From: a virus | Lineage: Duplodnaviria; Caudoviricetes | DNA length: 64,000 nucleotides | Virus record (IMG/VR): IMGVR_UViG_3300029288_000060 | Coordinates: 64,001-128,000 of that record | Direction: 5' to 3' (one strand) | Shown: piece after piece, positions 40,297 to 49,896 of the stretch | Layout: each line of letters starts with the position of its first letter | Position numbering within the stretch: the first letter of the stretch is position 1 | Translations under genes and position numbers: made by a program | Notes under the pieces: generated by a model | What the model was told of the DNA's origin: nothing | Seen by the model: the letters and a program-made list of their open reading frames with translations, nothing else | Database searches by the model: none

Positions 40297-41289
40297 ATGC
40301 GCTACAGTTTTGCAGCACTTGGAGAAAATATTCTAACAAGAAAATTTGGTAAGTAAAACTGCCACTTATAGAAGAAATTCTATTCGAAAACTCCTCTAAT
40401 TCAGGGAAACTCCAGTTCATAAAATTGGACAATCCTGATCGAAGCTTTGAAGAAATTCAAAGAACGAGCAACGACTATCTCGAAAGAGAGTAGACTCAAG
40501 TGAGTCGAAACGGGGAGGACCTTAACTTTTTATACCAAAAAAGAAAGGTCGTGATATAGTCTCAACTTAATGGTAACATTAAGCAGCTTGAATAAAGCGG
40601 GTAAGAATTAACGACTCTTGCTGAAGAAATTGGGAACTTCTGTTGGCGTTGCCGACCCGTATATCACTGGGTATCATTTTGTATGGTTCGACATATTACC
40701 ACCAAGCTTAATAAATTTTACTAATGGTTTTAACAGTGGAATCGGCTCTGTCGGAGAAATTCAAAACATTTTAGCCGCGTCTTGCTTAAGCGTAACACCT
40801 CCAGGTGGGACTCTTGGTAAAGTAGAGTTTGCAGGGCTGGGTGGTGTAAAATGGTCTGTGCCATCAAATGTTGACTACGGTACAGAAGTTTCTGTAAAGT
40901 TCTTAGAATTTAATAGAACACCAATTTTGGATATTATGTCTGGTTGGGTAAAATTAATTCGTGACTACAGAACAGGTGTGACTGATTTAGTTGATGGCGA
41001 TGATGGTAGTGGGTATACCAAGAAAACATATTCAGGATTAATGTATTACTGGACCACAGCTCCTGATGCTCAAACAGTTGAATTCTTTGCTTGTTATGAT
41101 GGAGTTTTTCCAACTAAAGATCCAGCAGATTTATTTTCAAGTGATGTGGAAACTGTTGGACGTCTTGACATTGAAATTCCTTTTAATGTTGATTATACCT
41201 GGAGAGAACCTTGGGTAAAAGCAAAATGTCAGAGCTTAGCAGCTACTTTTATGACAGCTAAAGAAACAGTAAAACAATATCACTATTAA
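40297..41289 (+). CDS. Tail tube protein, intron-split (exon 1 40297-40350, exon 2 40633-41289)
   Basis: AGGAGG RBS; spliced MRYSFAALGENILTRKFG|GTSVGVADPY; tube-like features (GVFPT, F.VD); position before gp26/gp25-like genes. Confidence 0.7.
40351..40632 (+). mobile_element. Group I intron (ORF-less, 282 nt) in tail tube gene
   Basis: 5' site after U (UGGU/GCCA P1), P AATTCAGGGAA, Q AATCCTGA, R ACGACTA, S GATATAGTC, terminal G; removal restores the frame. Confidence 0.9.
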
Positions 41290-41326
41290 TATAATATTAG
41301 AACGCGAAACGAAAGGAGATTAAAAA

Positions 41327-42118
41327 ATGCCATTTACAGGTTTCAATTTAAAGTATCCCGAGTACGAGGTAATAACACCACATACACATTTATCATTTAC
41401 TGTCAGAACTTTAAATGTACAAGATGAAGAAAGATTAAAAGGTTCTTTAATGACTCCAATTAAAGTCATAGAACATTTAAATAAATGTATCTATGAAACA
41501 ATAGTTAAAAAACCAGATAGTATTAAAGAGTATAAAGATTTTTTAAAGTTGCTGACCTTAAAAGATAGAGATGCATTGTTATATGGACTTTATCATATAA
41601 CATATGAAGATATTAGAAATTATGATGTAAAATGTAAAAATTGCAAAAAAGATTTTTCAGTTACGGTATCAGCATCTGATACATTTAATTATCTTCCTTA
41701 TCCTGGTGAAGATGTTTTAACAAGAAGAATTAGAGTTGACTTACCAAAATCACCAGGTATTTCTGCTTGGATTAAACAGCCGACCTTAGAAGATGAAATG
41801 GACACAAGTAAAAAGATGTCGAGTAGACCAGGAACAACATTAGACATTATTACAGAAACATTAATTATTGAAAAATTTGAACAAGAAATGGAAAGTATGG
41901 TGGATCCTGCTATTATTACTGAAAGAATTGATATAATTGATGCCTATAGAAGTCTCCCTGCTAAAGATAAGAGAGAAATTCAAGAGAAATATAAAGAAGA
42001 ATTTGGAAAATATGGAACTGAGTTAAAAATGCAAGTCTTTTGTCAACATTGTGGGACAGAAGATATTGTAGAAATTGATTTAGTTGACAACTTTTTTCGG
42101 ATGGTGTATTCATCATGA
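41327..42118 (+). CDS. Baseplate hub / tail assembly chaperone (T4 gp26-like)
   Basis: LTLKDRDALLYGL..ITY, CKNC, CQHCG, DNFF near the C-terminus. Confidence 0.7.
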   Translation: MPFTGFNLKYPEYEVITPHTHLSFTVRTLNVQDEERLKGSLMTPIKVIEHLNKCIYETIVKKPDSIKEYKDFLKLLTLKDRDALLYGLYHITYEDIRNYDVKCKNCKKDFSVTVSASDTFNYLPYPGEDVLTRRIRVDLPKSPGISAWIKQPTLEDEMDTSKKMSSRPGTTLDIITETLIIEKFEQEMESMVDPAIITERIDIIDAYRSLPAKDKREIQEKYKEEFGKYGTELKMQVFCQHCGTEDIVEIDLVDNFFRMVYSS

Positions 42119-42326
42119 TGATATTTTTACCTACAAAAAGAATTTATCTGAAAATATTTTTACCTTAATGGAATTAATGAAAGTAGGTTATCATGATGCT
42201 ATTTTCATGCCTGTAAAAAGATTTTATGATTTAATTAAATGGAAGAATGATATAGAGGATGAAAGAGCTAAATTAATGAAAGAACAAGAAACCAAAATTA
42301 GATCTAGTCAACAAAAGAGGAGATAA
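42084..42326 (+). CDS. gp51-like small chaperone, possibly a frameshift extension of the upstream gene
   Basis: Y.DAIFMPV..F motif; no evident RBS; overlaps upstream ORF in +1 frame. Confidence 0.5.
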   Translation: MTTFFGWCIHHDDIFTYKKNLSENIFTLMELMKVGYHDAIFMPVKRFYDLIKWKNDIEDERAKLMKEQETKIRSSQQKRR

Positions 42327-42328
42327 AC

Positions 42329-42751
42329 TTGAACATTTTAGATAAGTTTAATAATACTTCTGTTGGTTCTTCTGGAAGAATTTTAGACTATAGTTCTAAA
42401 TTAGCCACAAGTGGTGATTTTACTAAACTCTTTGATTTAGATGCAATTATTACATCGTGGAAAAATATTCTAGTTACTCCTCGTGGAAGTATGGATCATG
42501 ATCCAGAATTTGGAAGCAATCTATATCTGTTTTTATTTGAACCTGCAGATTCTAATACAAAAAATGCAATTAAAAATGATATCATTCAATCATTAGCTGT
42601 TTATGATGATAGAGCTAGAATTGAAGATATAGAAATATCTTTTTTAAAGAATATGAAAGGTTTTAATATTAACATTATTGTAGACTATCAAGGAAATAAT
42701 ACAAATTTAAATGTAATGATTGATGAAAATGCATATCAAAATTATATTTAA
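42329..42751 (+). CDS. Baseplate wedge gp25-like protein
   Basis: NILVTPRGS...PEFGSNL..FLFEP...DDRARI. Confidence 0.85.
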   Translation: MNILDKFNNTSVGSSGRILDYSSKLATSGDFTKLFDLDAIITSWKNILVTPRGSMDHDPEFGSNLYLFLFEPADSNTKNAIKNDIIQSLAVYDDRARIEDIEISFLKNMKGFNINIIVDYQGNNTNLNVMIDENAYQNYI

Positions 42752-42770
42752 TTTAATGGAGATAAAATAA

Positions 42771-43319
42771 ATGGATGGTATAATTAGATATTGTGTTGTA
42801 AAAAAATATAAAGGCATTCTAATTAAAAAACATAAGAGTAATACGCATCTATTTTTTATTCCAATAGATCCAAAAAAATATATGTATTTAGCTCTTGTTG
42901 GTCAATTAACAGAAGAGGATGATACATATGTAGCACAACTATTAGTAAAGATACCAGAAGATATTATTGATGATACAATTAGCGGTGAATATGATTATTT
43001 TGGAAATAGATTTGTTGAAATTGAATCTATAAAATGTCATTCTACAAATCCATCTCCAGGAAAATACAAAATAACTTTAGTTAAAAAAGGCTTTAATATA
43101 AGATCTAATTTAGAAATTGATTATCATGTTGAATATAGTACAGTGAATAAAAGAATTTATTTGGTCAAAGGTGATTTGAATTTAGTCACTGGTGAGGTGA
43201 CTGAAAAAGATATGAAGATGGTCGCAGCTAAGCAAGTAGCTTTTATGGGTGGAAAACAAAGATTTGAAGAAATGAAGAAAATTAATAATACCAGGAGGGT
43301 TAAATATTACCATGACTAG
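42771..43319 (+). CDS. Hypothetical protein
   Basis: GGAG RBS. Confidence 0.55.
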   Translation: MDGIIRYCVVKKYKGILIKKHKSNTHLFFIPIDPKKYMYLALVGQLTEEDDTYVAQLLVKIPEDIIDDTISGEYDYFGNRFVEIESIKCHSTNPSPGKYKITLVKKGFNIRSNLEIDYHVEYSTVNKRIYLVKGDLNLVTGEVTEKDMKMVAAKQVAFMGGKQRFEEMKKINNTRRVKYYHD

Positions 43320-44028
43320 AGATAGAAGATTATTAGAACTTGCATGTAAAGAAGTATTAATGAATATAGTTAAAGAAAGTAAAACTATAAGTGAAAAACT
43401 TACTTTCTTTCAAAAAACATTAATGTATGATATGATTAGAGAAATGGAATACAATGAGGTTCTTTCATTATTAATTAACAAAGGTGAAAAAATTACAAGT
43501 GAACAAAAAAGAGAATTTGAATCTAAAACAAAAAAGACAGCAAAATATAGTGCGGCAGCTATGGGTGGTGGAATAGCTGCAAAAAGACTAAAAACTCTTG
43601 CAGCTAAAGCAAAAATTAAAGCAATTGATAAGAAAGTGGGAAAAGGTAAGTTGGATTATCAAGTTGGCAAAGATCTAAAATCTAAACTTGTCAAAGGAAA
43701 ATTAAAAAGTTTTCGTCTACAAAAAGGCGGAACTCGCGCTGGCTGGAAAGGAGCTATTGGAGCAGTTGCAGCACTGTATTTATTTAGAAAATTAACTGAT
43801 CCTTGTGTAAGAAATAATCTTGGAAATAAAAAAGCACAATTAGCATGTAGAATGGAAGCGATTAAGAAAGTAGTATCAGTTATTAAGGCAGATATGGGAA
43901 AATGCGCTGCAGCAGCAAATCCAGCAAAATGTAAACAAAAACTTGGTAAAGAATTAATTAAATGGAGAACTAAATACCAAAAATTACTTATTCAATACAA
44001 TCAAATAGCAAGGAAAAAAAATAAATAG
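43312..44028 (+). CDS. Basic Cys-containing putative virion protein (family A)
   Basis: GAIGAVAALYLFRKL..PC...AC...KC....NPAKC. Confidence 0.55.
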   Translation: MTRDRRLLELACKEVLMNIVKESKTISEKLTFFQKTLMYDMIREMEYNEVLSLLINKGEKITSEQKREFESKTKKTAKYSAAAMGGGIAAKRLKTLAAKAKIKAIDKKVGKGKLDYQVGKDLKSKLVKGKLKSFRLQKGGTRAGWKGAIGAVAALYLFRKLTDPCVRNNLGNKKAQLACRMEAIKKVVSVIKADMGKCAAAANPAKCKQKLGKELIKWRTKYQKLLIQYNQIARKKNK

Positions 44029-44583
44029 ATGAGCTATAAAGAAATAAGACTTCTGTTATTAAATCTTATATATGCGAGTAATACAATAAAAGAATCTATT
44101 TCTGTTGAACAAAGAGATCAAATTGCAGAATCAATTTTACTTCTTGCTAATGAAAATTTAATAAAGTTATATAAAATTATAGTTGAAGGCAAAAATTATT
44201 CAAAAATAAAAAGACAAGTTGATCGTAAAATCGGTTTAATTTCAGTAATACCAGTACCAGGAACAATAGCTTTATTTGCTATTTATAAATTAGTTTCTAG
44301 AATAAATTATAATTGTGTTATGTCATGTAATAAGTCTGAAAAAAATATAAAAGAAAAAAATCTTTGTTATAAAAAATGTAACATCTTATCAATTGAAAAA
44401 GCTATTATAGAAGTGAAAAAAGAATTAAATGATTGTTGGTATGAAAAAAATCCTAAAAAATGTAGAAAGAGTACTATTAAATATTTAAATGAACTCTATG
44501 AAAAATTGGAAAAATCACAATTATCATTAAATAATTATAAATATAAACTAACAAAGGGTCAAAATAAAAATGCAAAATTATAA
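44029..44583 (+). CDS. Basic Cys-rich putative virion protein (family A)
   Basis: ALFAIYKL...CVMSC...CYKKC...DC....NPKKC. Confidence 0.55.
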   Translation: MSYKEIRLLLLNLIYASNTIKESISVEQRDQIAESILLLANENLIKLYKIIVEGKNYSKIKRQVDRKIGLISVIPVPGTIALFAIYKLVSRINYNCVMSCNKSEKNIKEKNLCYKKCNILSIEKAIIEVKKELNDCWYEKNPKKCRKSTIKYLNELYEKLEKSQLSLNNYKYKLTKGQNKNAKL

Positions 44584-45211
44584 TAGGATTAATGATTATT
44601 TTCAAGATTATTGGACCCTAGTATACGATTATTATTCTAAACATGGACAAGCTTATTTAGTTACTTATTATAATATAGATACTGAAGAAACAGTTTGGGA
44701 TAATCAAGATTTAATGGGTGGATATTATGAAAAAATAGGTAGTCTATCTGGTGTTAGATGGAAAAAAATCTTAACTCTTCCTGTTTATTTTATCGGAGAA
44801 ACAGATACTATATTTGACGCTCAAGATATTGGTTATGTTAATGAAGGTCGCACAGAATTTGTAATTCCAAGTTCTTATGGTATTACCCCATATCCAAATG
44901 ATATAATTAAGTTATATCAAAATTATTTACATGATGATGATAGGTATGCTTTATTTACAGTTACTGGAATACAAAAACAAAGTCCAGGAGATAGAACTTA
45001 TTGGAAATGTCAATGCTTAGTTGAACAATCTCGCACAACAACTGAGTTAGATTTACAAGTCTCAGATACATTAATTTATTACGATTATGATAAAAAAATA
45101 CATCAAGTTTCAAATGCAACTTCAATGACCAATTTATTAACAAAAAATGAAATTATTAGATCAAATTTAAAGAATTTATTCGATCAAAATTCAGGACTTT
45201 ATTTTATATGA
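44570..45211 (+). CDS. Putative neck / head-completion virion protein
   Basis: Structural context; GITPYPNDII beta-barrel-like motif. Confidence 0.4.
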   Translation: MQNYNRINDYFQDYWTLVYDYYSKHGQAYLVTYYNIDTEETVWDNQDLMGGYYEKIGSLSGVRWKKILTLPVYFIGETDTIFDAQDIGYVNEGRTEFVIPSSYGITPYPNDIIKLYQNYLHDDDRYALFTVTGIQKQSPGDRTYWKCQCLVEQSRTTTELDLQVSDTLIYYDYDKKIHQVSNATSMTNLLTKNEIIRSNLKNLFDQNSGLYFI

Positions 45212-46227
45212 AACTATGCGAATATGGATGCGGGCAAGAAGCTAAATATCAATTAAAAAATGGAAAATGGTGCTGCAGTAAAAGTTCTAATTCATGTCCA
45301 ACAAATATAAATTCAAAAAAATATAAACGCTTTGATAATCAAGAAAATCATCTTTGTGATTATGGTTGCGGACAATTAGCTAAATTTATTTCTAAAAAAG
45401 GAAAATATTGTTGTAATGATCATTTAACAAAATGTTCAATAATGAAAAATAAATATGGACTAATTTCTAAAGGTAAAATCAGAGGCCCACATTCAGAAGA
45501 AAGAAAACATAATATAAGTAAAGCTAAAAAAGGTAAACCAGTACATAATATTGAATTTAAAGAATCTCAAAGAAATAAAATGTTAAATGGATTTTCAAAA
45601 ACTTTAAATGAAATACCAAGAGATCCTAATAAGTTAAAAATAAAAGAAGAAAAACAAAAAGAAAGAATGCTAAATGGTATGGCAAAATATGTTTCATTAT
45701 TTAGAAAACCCCATACTGATGATAGAAAAGAAAACCAAAAAAAATTTATGATAGAAAAAGGAGCAAAAATTGCTAACTCAGCACAATGTCAAGGATTTAA
45801 AAATAAAAAAGAATGGATGTTAAATGGCGGAGCATCTTATTTAAATTCTTGTCCAGTAAAGGGATTTAAAAATCATAAAGAATGGTTATTAAACGGCGGT
45901 CATTCTTATATTTCTTCTTTTATTAAAAAAATTTCAAAAGATGAAATTAAATTAAGAAATTTAGTTCAAGAATTATATTTAAATTGTATACCGCAATATA
46001 AAATTTTAAATTATGAAATAGATATTGCTTTACCTGAATATAAAATAGCAGTTGAATTTGATGGTTATTATCATTTTGATACAGAAGAACATAAAGAATA
46101 TCACAAGCAAAGACAAATAAAAATAGAAAATGAAGGATGGAAATTTTATCGCGTAACAATGTTTGACAAATTCCCAAGTTTAGAAGAAGTTAAAGAAAGC
46201 ATACAAAAGTTATCAGAGGAAAACTAA
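45208..46227 (+). CDS. Free-standing homing endonuclease (DUF559/Vsr-like)
   Basis: Two C(E/D)YGCGQ modules, NUMOD3-like HSEERKHNISKA, YEIDIA...AVEFDGYYH...GWK. Confidence 0.8.
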   Translation: MKLCEYGCGQEAKYQLKNGKWCCSKSSNSCPTNINSKKYKRFDNQENHLCDYGCGQLAKFISKKGKYCCNDHLTKCSIMKNKYGLISKGKIRGPHSEERKHNISKAKKGKPVHNIEFKESQRNKMLNGFSKTLNEIPRDPNKLKIKEEKQKERMLNGMAKYVSLFRKPHTDDRKENQKKFMIEKGAKIANSAQCQGFKNKKEWMLNGGASYLNSCPVKGFKNHKEWLLNGGHSYISSFIKKISKDEIKLRNLVQELYLNCIPQYKILNYEIDIALPEYKIAVEFDGYYHFDTEEHKEYHKQRQIKIENEGWKFYRVTMFDKFPSLEEVKESIQKLSEEN

Positions 46228-48777
46228 ATGACTAATAATTCTGTTGATACTACCTTATCAAACCAAATATATCTATCTCGAGATAATATACGTAATCAGA
46301 TAATTGAGTATATGCAATATTATCTTGAATTAGAAAATGTTGACTTGGTAAAGAGTTCATTTTTGTCATTTATGGTGGATACCCTTGCTACCCTGACATC
46401 AAACGTTTTATTCTATTCTAGCTCAACCTATAAAGAGTTCTTTCTAACTAAAGCAGCCTTGCCAGAGTCTATTTATAATTTATCTGCTTTTTTGGGTTAT
46501 AACACAAAAGAAGCTTCGTATGCAATAGCGAATGTTTTAATGACTTTTCCTTTTGGATTTACAGATTCAACCACAACTTTTACAATTCCAGAATTTTTCA
46601 AATTTTATTCTGGAGAAATTGAATTTGTCACTTATTATGAAACAACGATTAATATAACTGGAACAACAAACGTTAATGTTACAGTTTTGCAGGATGGAAC
46701 AAAAACATACAATCTTCCTGTGAATATTGATACCACATCTGCTGAGCCATCATTTTCTTTTGTTTTGCCTTTAAGACAATATAAACAAGTTGTTCAAGAA
46801 TTCCAAATCGATGAGGATATTGAGTTATATCAATTTATTACCATAGATGTTCCATTAGATGGAAAGGTATCAACAATGTCTGTTGAAGTTAGGGATCCGG
46901 ATAGTTCTGCATGGAGATTATACACTGAATTTAATAGTGTTTATTTAATGTCTTCAACAGATTATGGATTTGTGTCTAGAACAACAAGTAATGGAAGAAG
47001 GTTAACATTTGGGAATGGTTTAATAGGAGTTCAACCTTTAGGTGGATCTACCGTTAAAGTTACCACAAATATAACAGAAGGTGTTGACGGAAATGTCATT
47101 GCTTCTTCAATTAAAACGGGTGATAGGATATATGTAACAGATTCATTTGGTAAAACAACCATTGTAAATTATAGTGTAATAAATCCCTCCCCTGCAACAA
47201 GCGGAGAGGATGAAGAATCAATTCAAGAAGTTAGAAGCAATGCAATTGCTAATTTAGTTGCTTTAAATAGATTGGTTTCTGAGTATGATTATCAACACGC
47301 TGGAGCAATCATTCAAGATTCTCCAATTGCTGATAATACATTACCAGTATTGAAAAGATCAGATGTTAAATGTAATGAAGTTCAATTATTTTCTGTTGTA
47401 AAATTTGGGACAACAACAAGAAATTCTGTGATAACTGGGGAAACAGTCACAGAAGATGCTATTGTTCCTACAAGAAATGCTTTATATGAAGTTCCAATTA
47501 CAACAACTTATATTCCAAGAAATACAATAATTACAATTGATTTATATGATTATTATACTTTATTTGATATTACCATAGACTTAATTAATTCTAGTGCTTA
47601 TTATAATTATATTATGTACGAAGTTGAAGTGGTTCCAATTTTAGTGACTAGTTATGGTATTGTTTATGATATTGTTTGCTCAAAATTAGCAGTTTCAAAA
47701 TCTGGAAATTTAGCAATTTTTGAAATTAGTTATAATTCAACAGAATTAGATTATGATTTATGCGTAGCAAAATTAAAAGTTATTCCGACATCCTTAATAT
47801 ATACGATGACAAATGATTCTATAAGTAAAAAGTTTACTTATACATTTAATCCATATACATTATTTCCGACTGGAAATGTTGATCTAGAATTTACTATCTA
47901 TACAAATTCTGGTTCACCAATTGCTACATATACATCTGAAGTCACTTTTAATAAACCCTTAAATGATTTTATGATGTCAAATGTTGTAATTGATACTACA
48001 GGCGCGACTACTGTTGTTTATGACATTCCGGTTGTGGAGAAAACATATTTTGATTCTATCGTAGAAAAAGATTTTGAATTATCCGTTTTGCAAAATATGA
48101 TGACAATTATGGATTTTAAGTCTTATAGAATGTTAACAGATTTTACTAATTTAAAGTTTACAAATACAATTGGTAATATGATTAACATGAAATTTAATAG
48201 TATAACGAAAGATGATTGTATCGATATTAACGTAACAACACCGCCCACAAGTCCTTCCATTGGTGATAGGTATATTATTGGACATACTGAATCAGGACTT
48301 TGGGCGAATAAAGATGGACAAATAGCCCATTGCATTGATACGACTGGAGTAATTTGGTTTTATTTTACTCCAATCACAGATGACATTATTTATGTAACAA
48401 ACAAAGGAAAAAAATATATTTATAATGGAAATAAGTTTGTATCAATGGAATATCAAATTCCCCTTGAAATTGATGTGGAAATTTTTAAACAAACCAGTTA
48501 TTATGGTTCTGATGTAGAATTATCCAATCTCGTAAAAGATACGTTGTTAACTGAATATTCAACCAGATTTGGTCCAAATATAACATTATATAGATCTGAA
48601 ATTATTAGTACGATTCAAAGTATTACTGGAGTTAGTCATTGTAATTTAATCAAACCAGAATCAAATATTTTCTTTGAATATGAATTAGAAAGTTTATCTG
48701 AATTAGAATTGTTAGAATACAGTGCAGAATATATTTATTTTGATGAAGATTCAATTTCAGTAAAAATTTATACATAA
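46228..48777 (+). CDS. Baseplate wedge protein (T4 gp6 / gpJ-like) with DUF2793-like insert
   Basis: EFFLTKA..ESIYNL..FLGY, FGNGLIG, GEDEES, NRLVS..DY; GDRYII...W...GQIA insert. Confidence 0.8.
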   Translation: MTNNSVDTTLSNQIYLSRDNIRNQIIEYMQYYLELENVDLVKSSFLSFMVDTLATLTSNVLFYSSSTYKEFFLTKAALPESIYNLSAFLGYNTKEASYAIANVLMTFPFGFTDSTTTFTIPEFFKFYSGEIEFVTYYETTINITGTTNVNVTVLQDGTKTYNLPVNIDTTSAEPSFSFVLPLRQYKQVVQEFQIDEDIELYQFITIDVPLDGKVSTMSVEVRDPDSSAWRLYTEFNSVYLMSSTDYGFVSRTTSNGRRLTFGNGLIGVQPLGGSTVKVTTNITEGVDGNVIASSIKTGDRIYVTDSFGKTTIVNYSVINPSPATSGEDEESIQEVRSNAIANLVALNRLVSEYDYQHAGAIIQDSPIADNTLPVLKRSDVKCNEVQLFSVVKFGTTTRNSVITGETVTEDAIVPTRNALYEVPITTTYIPRNTIITIDLYDYYTLFDITIDLINSSAYYNYIMYEVEVVPILVTSYGIVYDIVCSKLAVSKSGNLAIFEISYNSTELDYDLCVAKLKVIPTSLIYTMTNDSISKKFTYTFNPYTLFPTGNVDLEFTIYTNSGSPIATYTSEVTFNKPLNDFMMSNVVIDTTGATTVVYDIPVVEKTYFDSIVEKDFELSVLQNMMTIMDFKSYRMLTDFTNLKFTNTIGNMINMKFNSITKDDCIDINVTTPPTSPSIGDRYIIGHTESGLWANKDGQIAHCIDTTGVIWFYFTPITDDIIYVTNKGKKYIYNGNKFVSMEYQIPLEIDVEIFKQTSYYGSDVELSNLVKDTLLTEYSTRFGPNITLYRSEIISTIQSITGVSHCNLIKPESNIFFEYELESLSELELLEYSAEYIYFDEDSISVKIYT

Positions 48778-48789
48778 GGAATTACATAC

Positions 48790-49896
48790 ATGCAAATTCT
48801 TTTAGCAAATGCAGTTTTTAATGATGTTAAAATAAAAAATTATATTAGCAAACTTACAGTACAAGAATTAAATAACTTAACAGAACCATGTTATTCCGCT
48901 AATTGGAAAAAACATTATTATGAATTACTTCAATTAACAAACTTAGAAGAAAAAGATATAAAATCCTTTATCAAGAGATTTTATTATAATACAAAAGCTC
49001 AAGATTCAATGATTCAATCTGAAGTTGGTTCAAATTTTTTATTTATTCTAATGTATCATTTTTTACAACAAAAAGATGAAGCTACATTTTCAATTGTAAT
49101 GATATATCATATGATTAGACAATACTCGAATTTATTTAAGAAATTTTTTAGATATTGTAAACCAGAAGTTTTTTCATATACATTAACTCATATGAATCCT
49201 GCGCATTTATTTAATAGAGAAAAAACTATTTCAAATACATTATTTTATTTGTCAAAGCAGATGAAAACTAGATATACTAAATATTTTCTTTCATTAGATG
49301 CCGAAAAAGTTTCTTTATTTTTATATGAATCTAGATCTAGAATTTCTCAAAGTTTGAGAAGTTTTGCAATTGAATATTATAAAAATGAATCACAAGGGTT
49401 AGGTATATCTAGTCAAAAAGAAACTGAAATGGGAGAAGAAATTTTTAATCCTGAATTAGAAAAAGGTAATAAAATAGCAGAATTAGTTTCTAATAAAATT
49501 ACGATATATAAAGAAATAGATTATAAAGCCCTAGAAGAAGCTAGAAAGATAACAAAGATTAATACATCCTATACAACATTAATTACAAAAGGATTGCAAA
49601 ATTCTAATTTTAATAGTAGTGTAAAATTTATTATTGAATTATATTTAAGAGATATTAAATCAGTTAATGAAATATGCGGGAAAGATTCAATACCGTACAT
49701 TAAAAAACTAATGAGTATTAAAAGGACAACAAAGGAAGTTTACTTTAAACAAGAAATTAGTAATTTAATGCAAAAAATAATCAAAACCACTCCCTTAGCA
49801 CCAAAATATCAAAAACTAACCTCCCAAACACAATTCCAAATTAATTCCTTCCTTGCATTTTATCTTGCACTCTATACAAAAAATTTAGTTTGTTAA
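48790..49896 (+). CDS. Hypothetical helical protein
   Basis: 368-aa ORF with RBS. Confidence 0.6.
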   Translation: MQILLANAVFNDVKIKNYISKLTVQELNNLTEPCYSANWKKHYYELLQLTNLEEKDIKSFIKRFYYNTKAQDSMIQSEVGSNFLFILMYHFLQQKDEATFSIVMIYHMIRQYSNLFKKFFRYCKPEVFSYTLTHMNPAHLFNREKTISNTLFYLSKQMKTRYTKYFLSLDAEKVSLFLYESRSRISQSLRSFAIEYYKNESQGLGISSQKETEMGEEIFNPELEKGNKIAELVSNKITIYKEIDYKALEEARKITKINTSYTTLITKGLQNSNFNSSVKFIIELYLRDIKSVNEICGKDSIPYIKKLMSIKRTTKEVYFKQEISNLMQKIIKTTPLAPKYQKLTSQTQFQINSFLAFYLALYTKNLVC

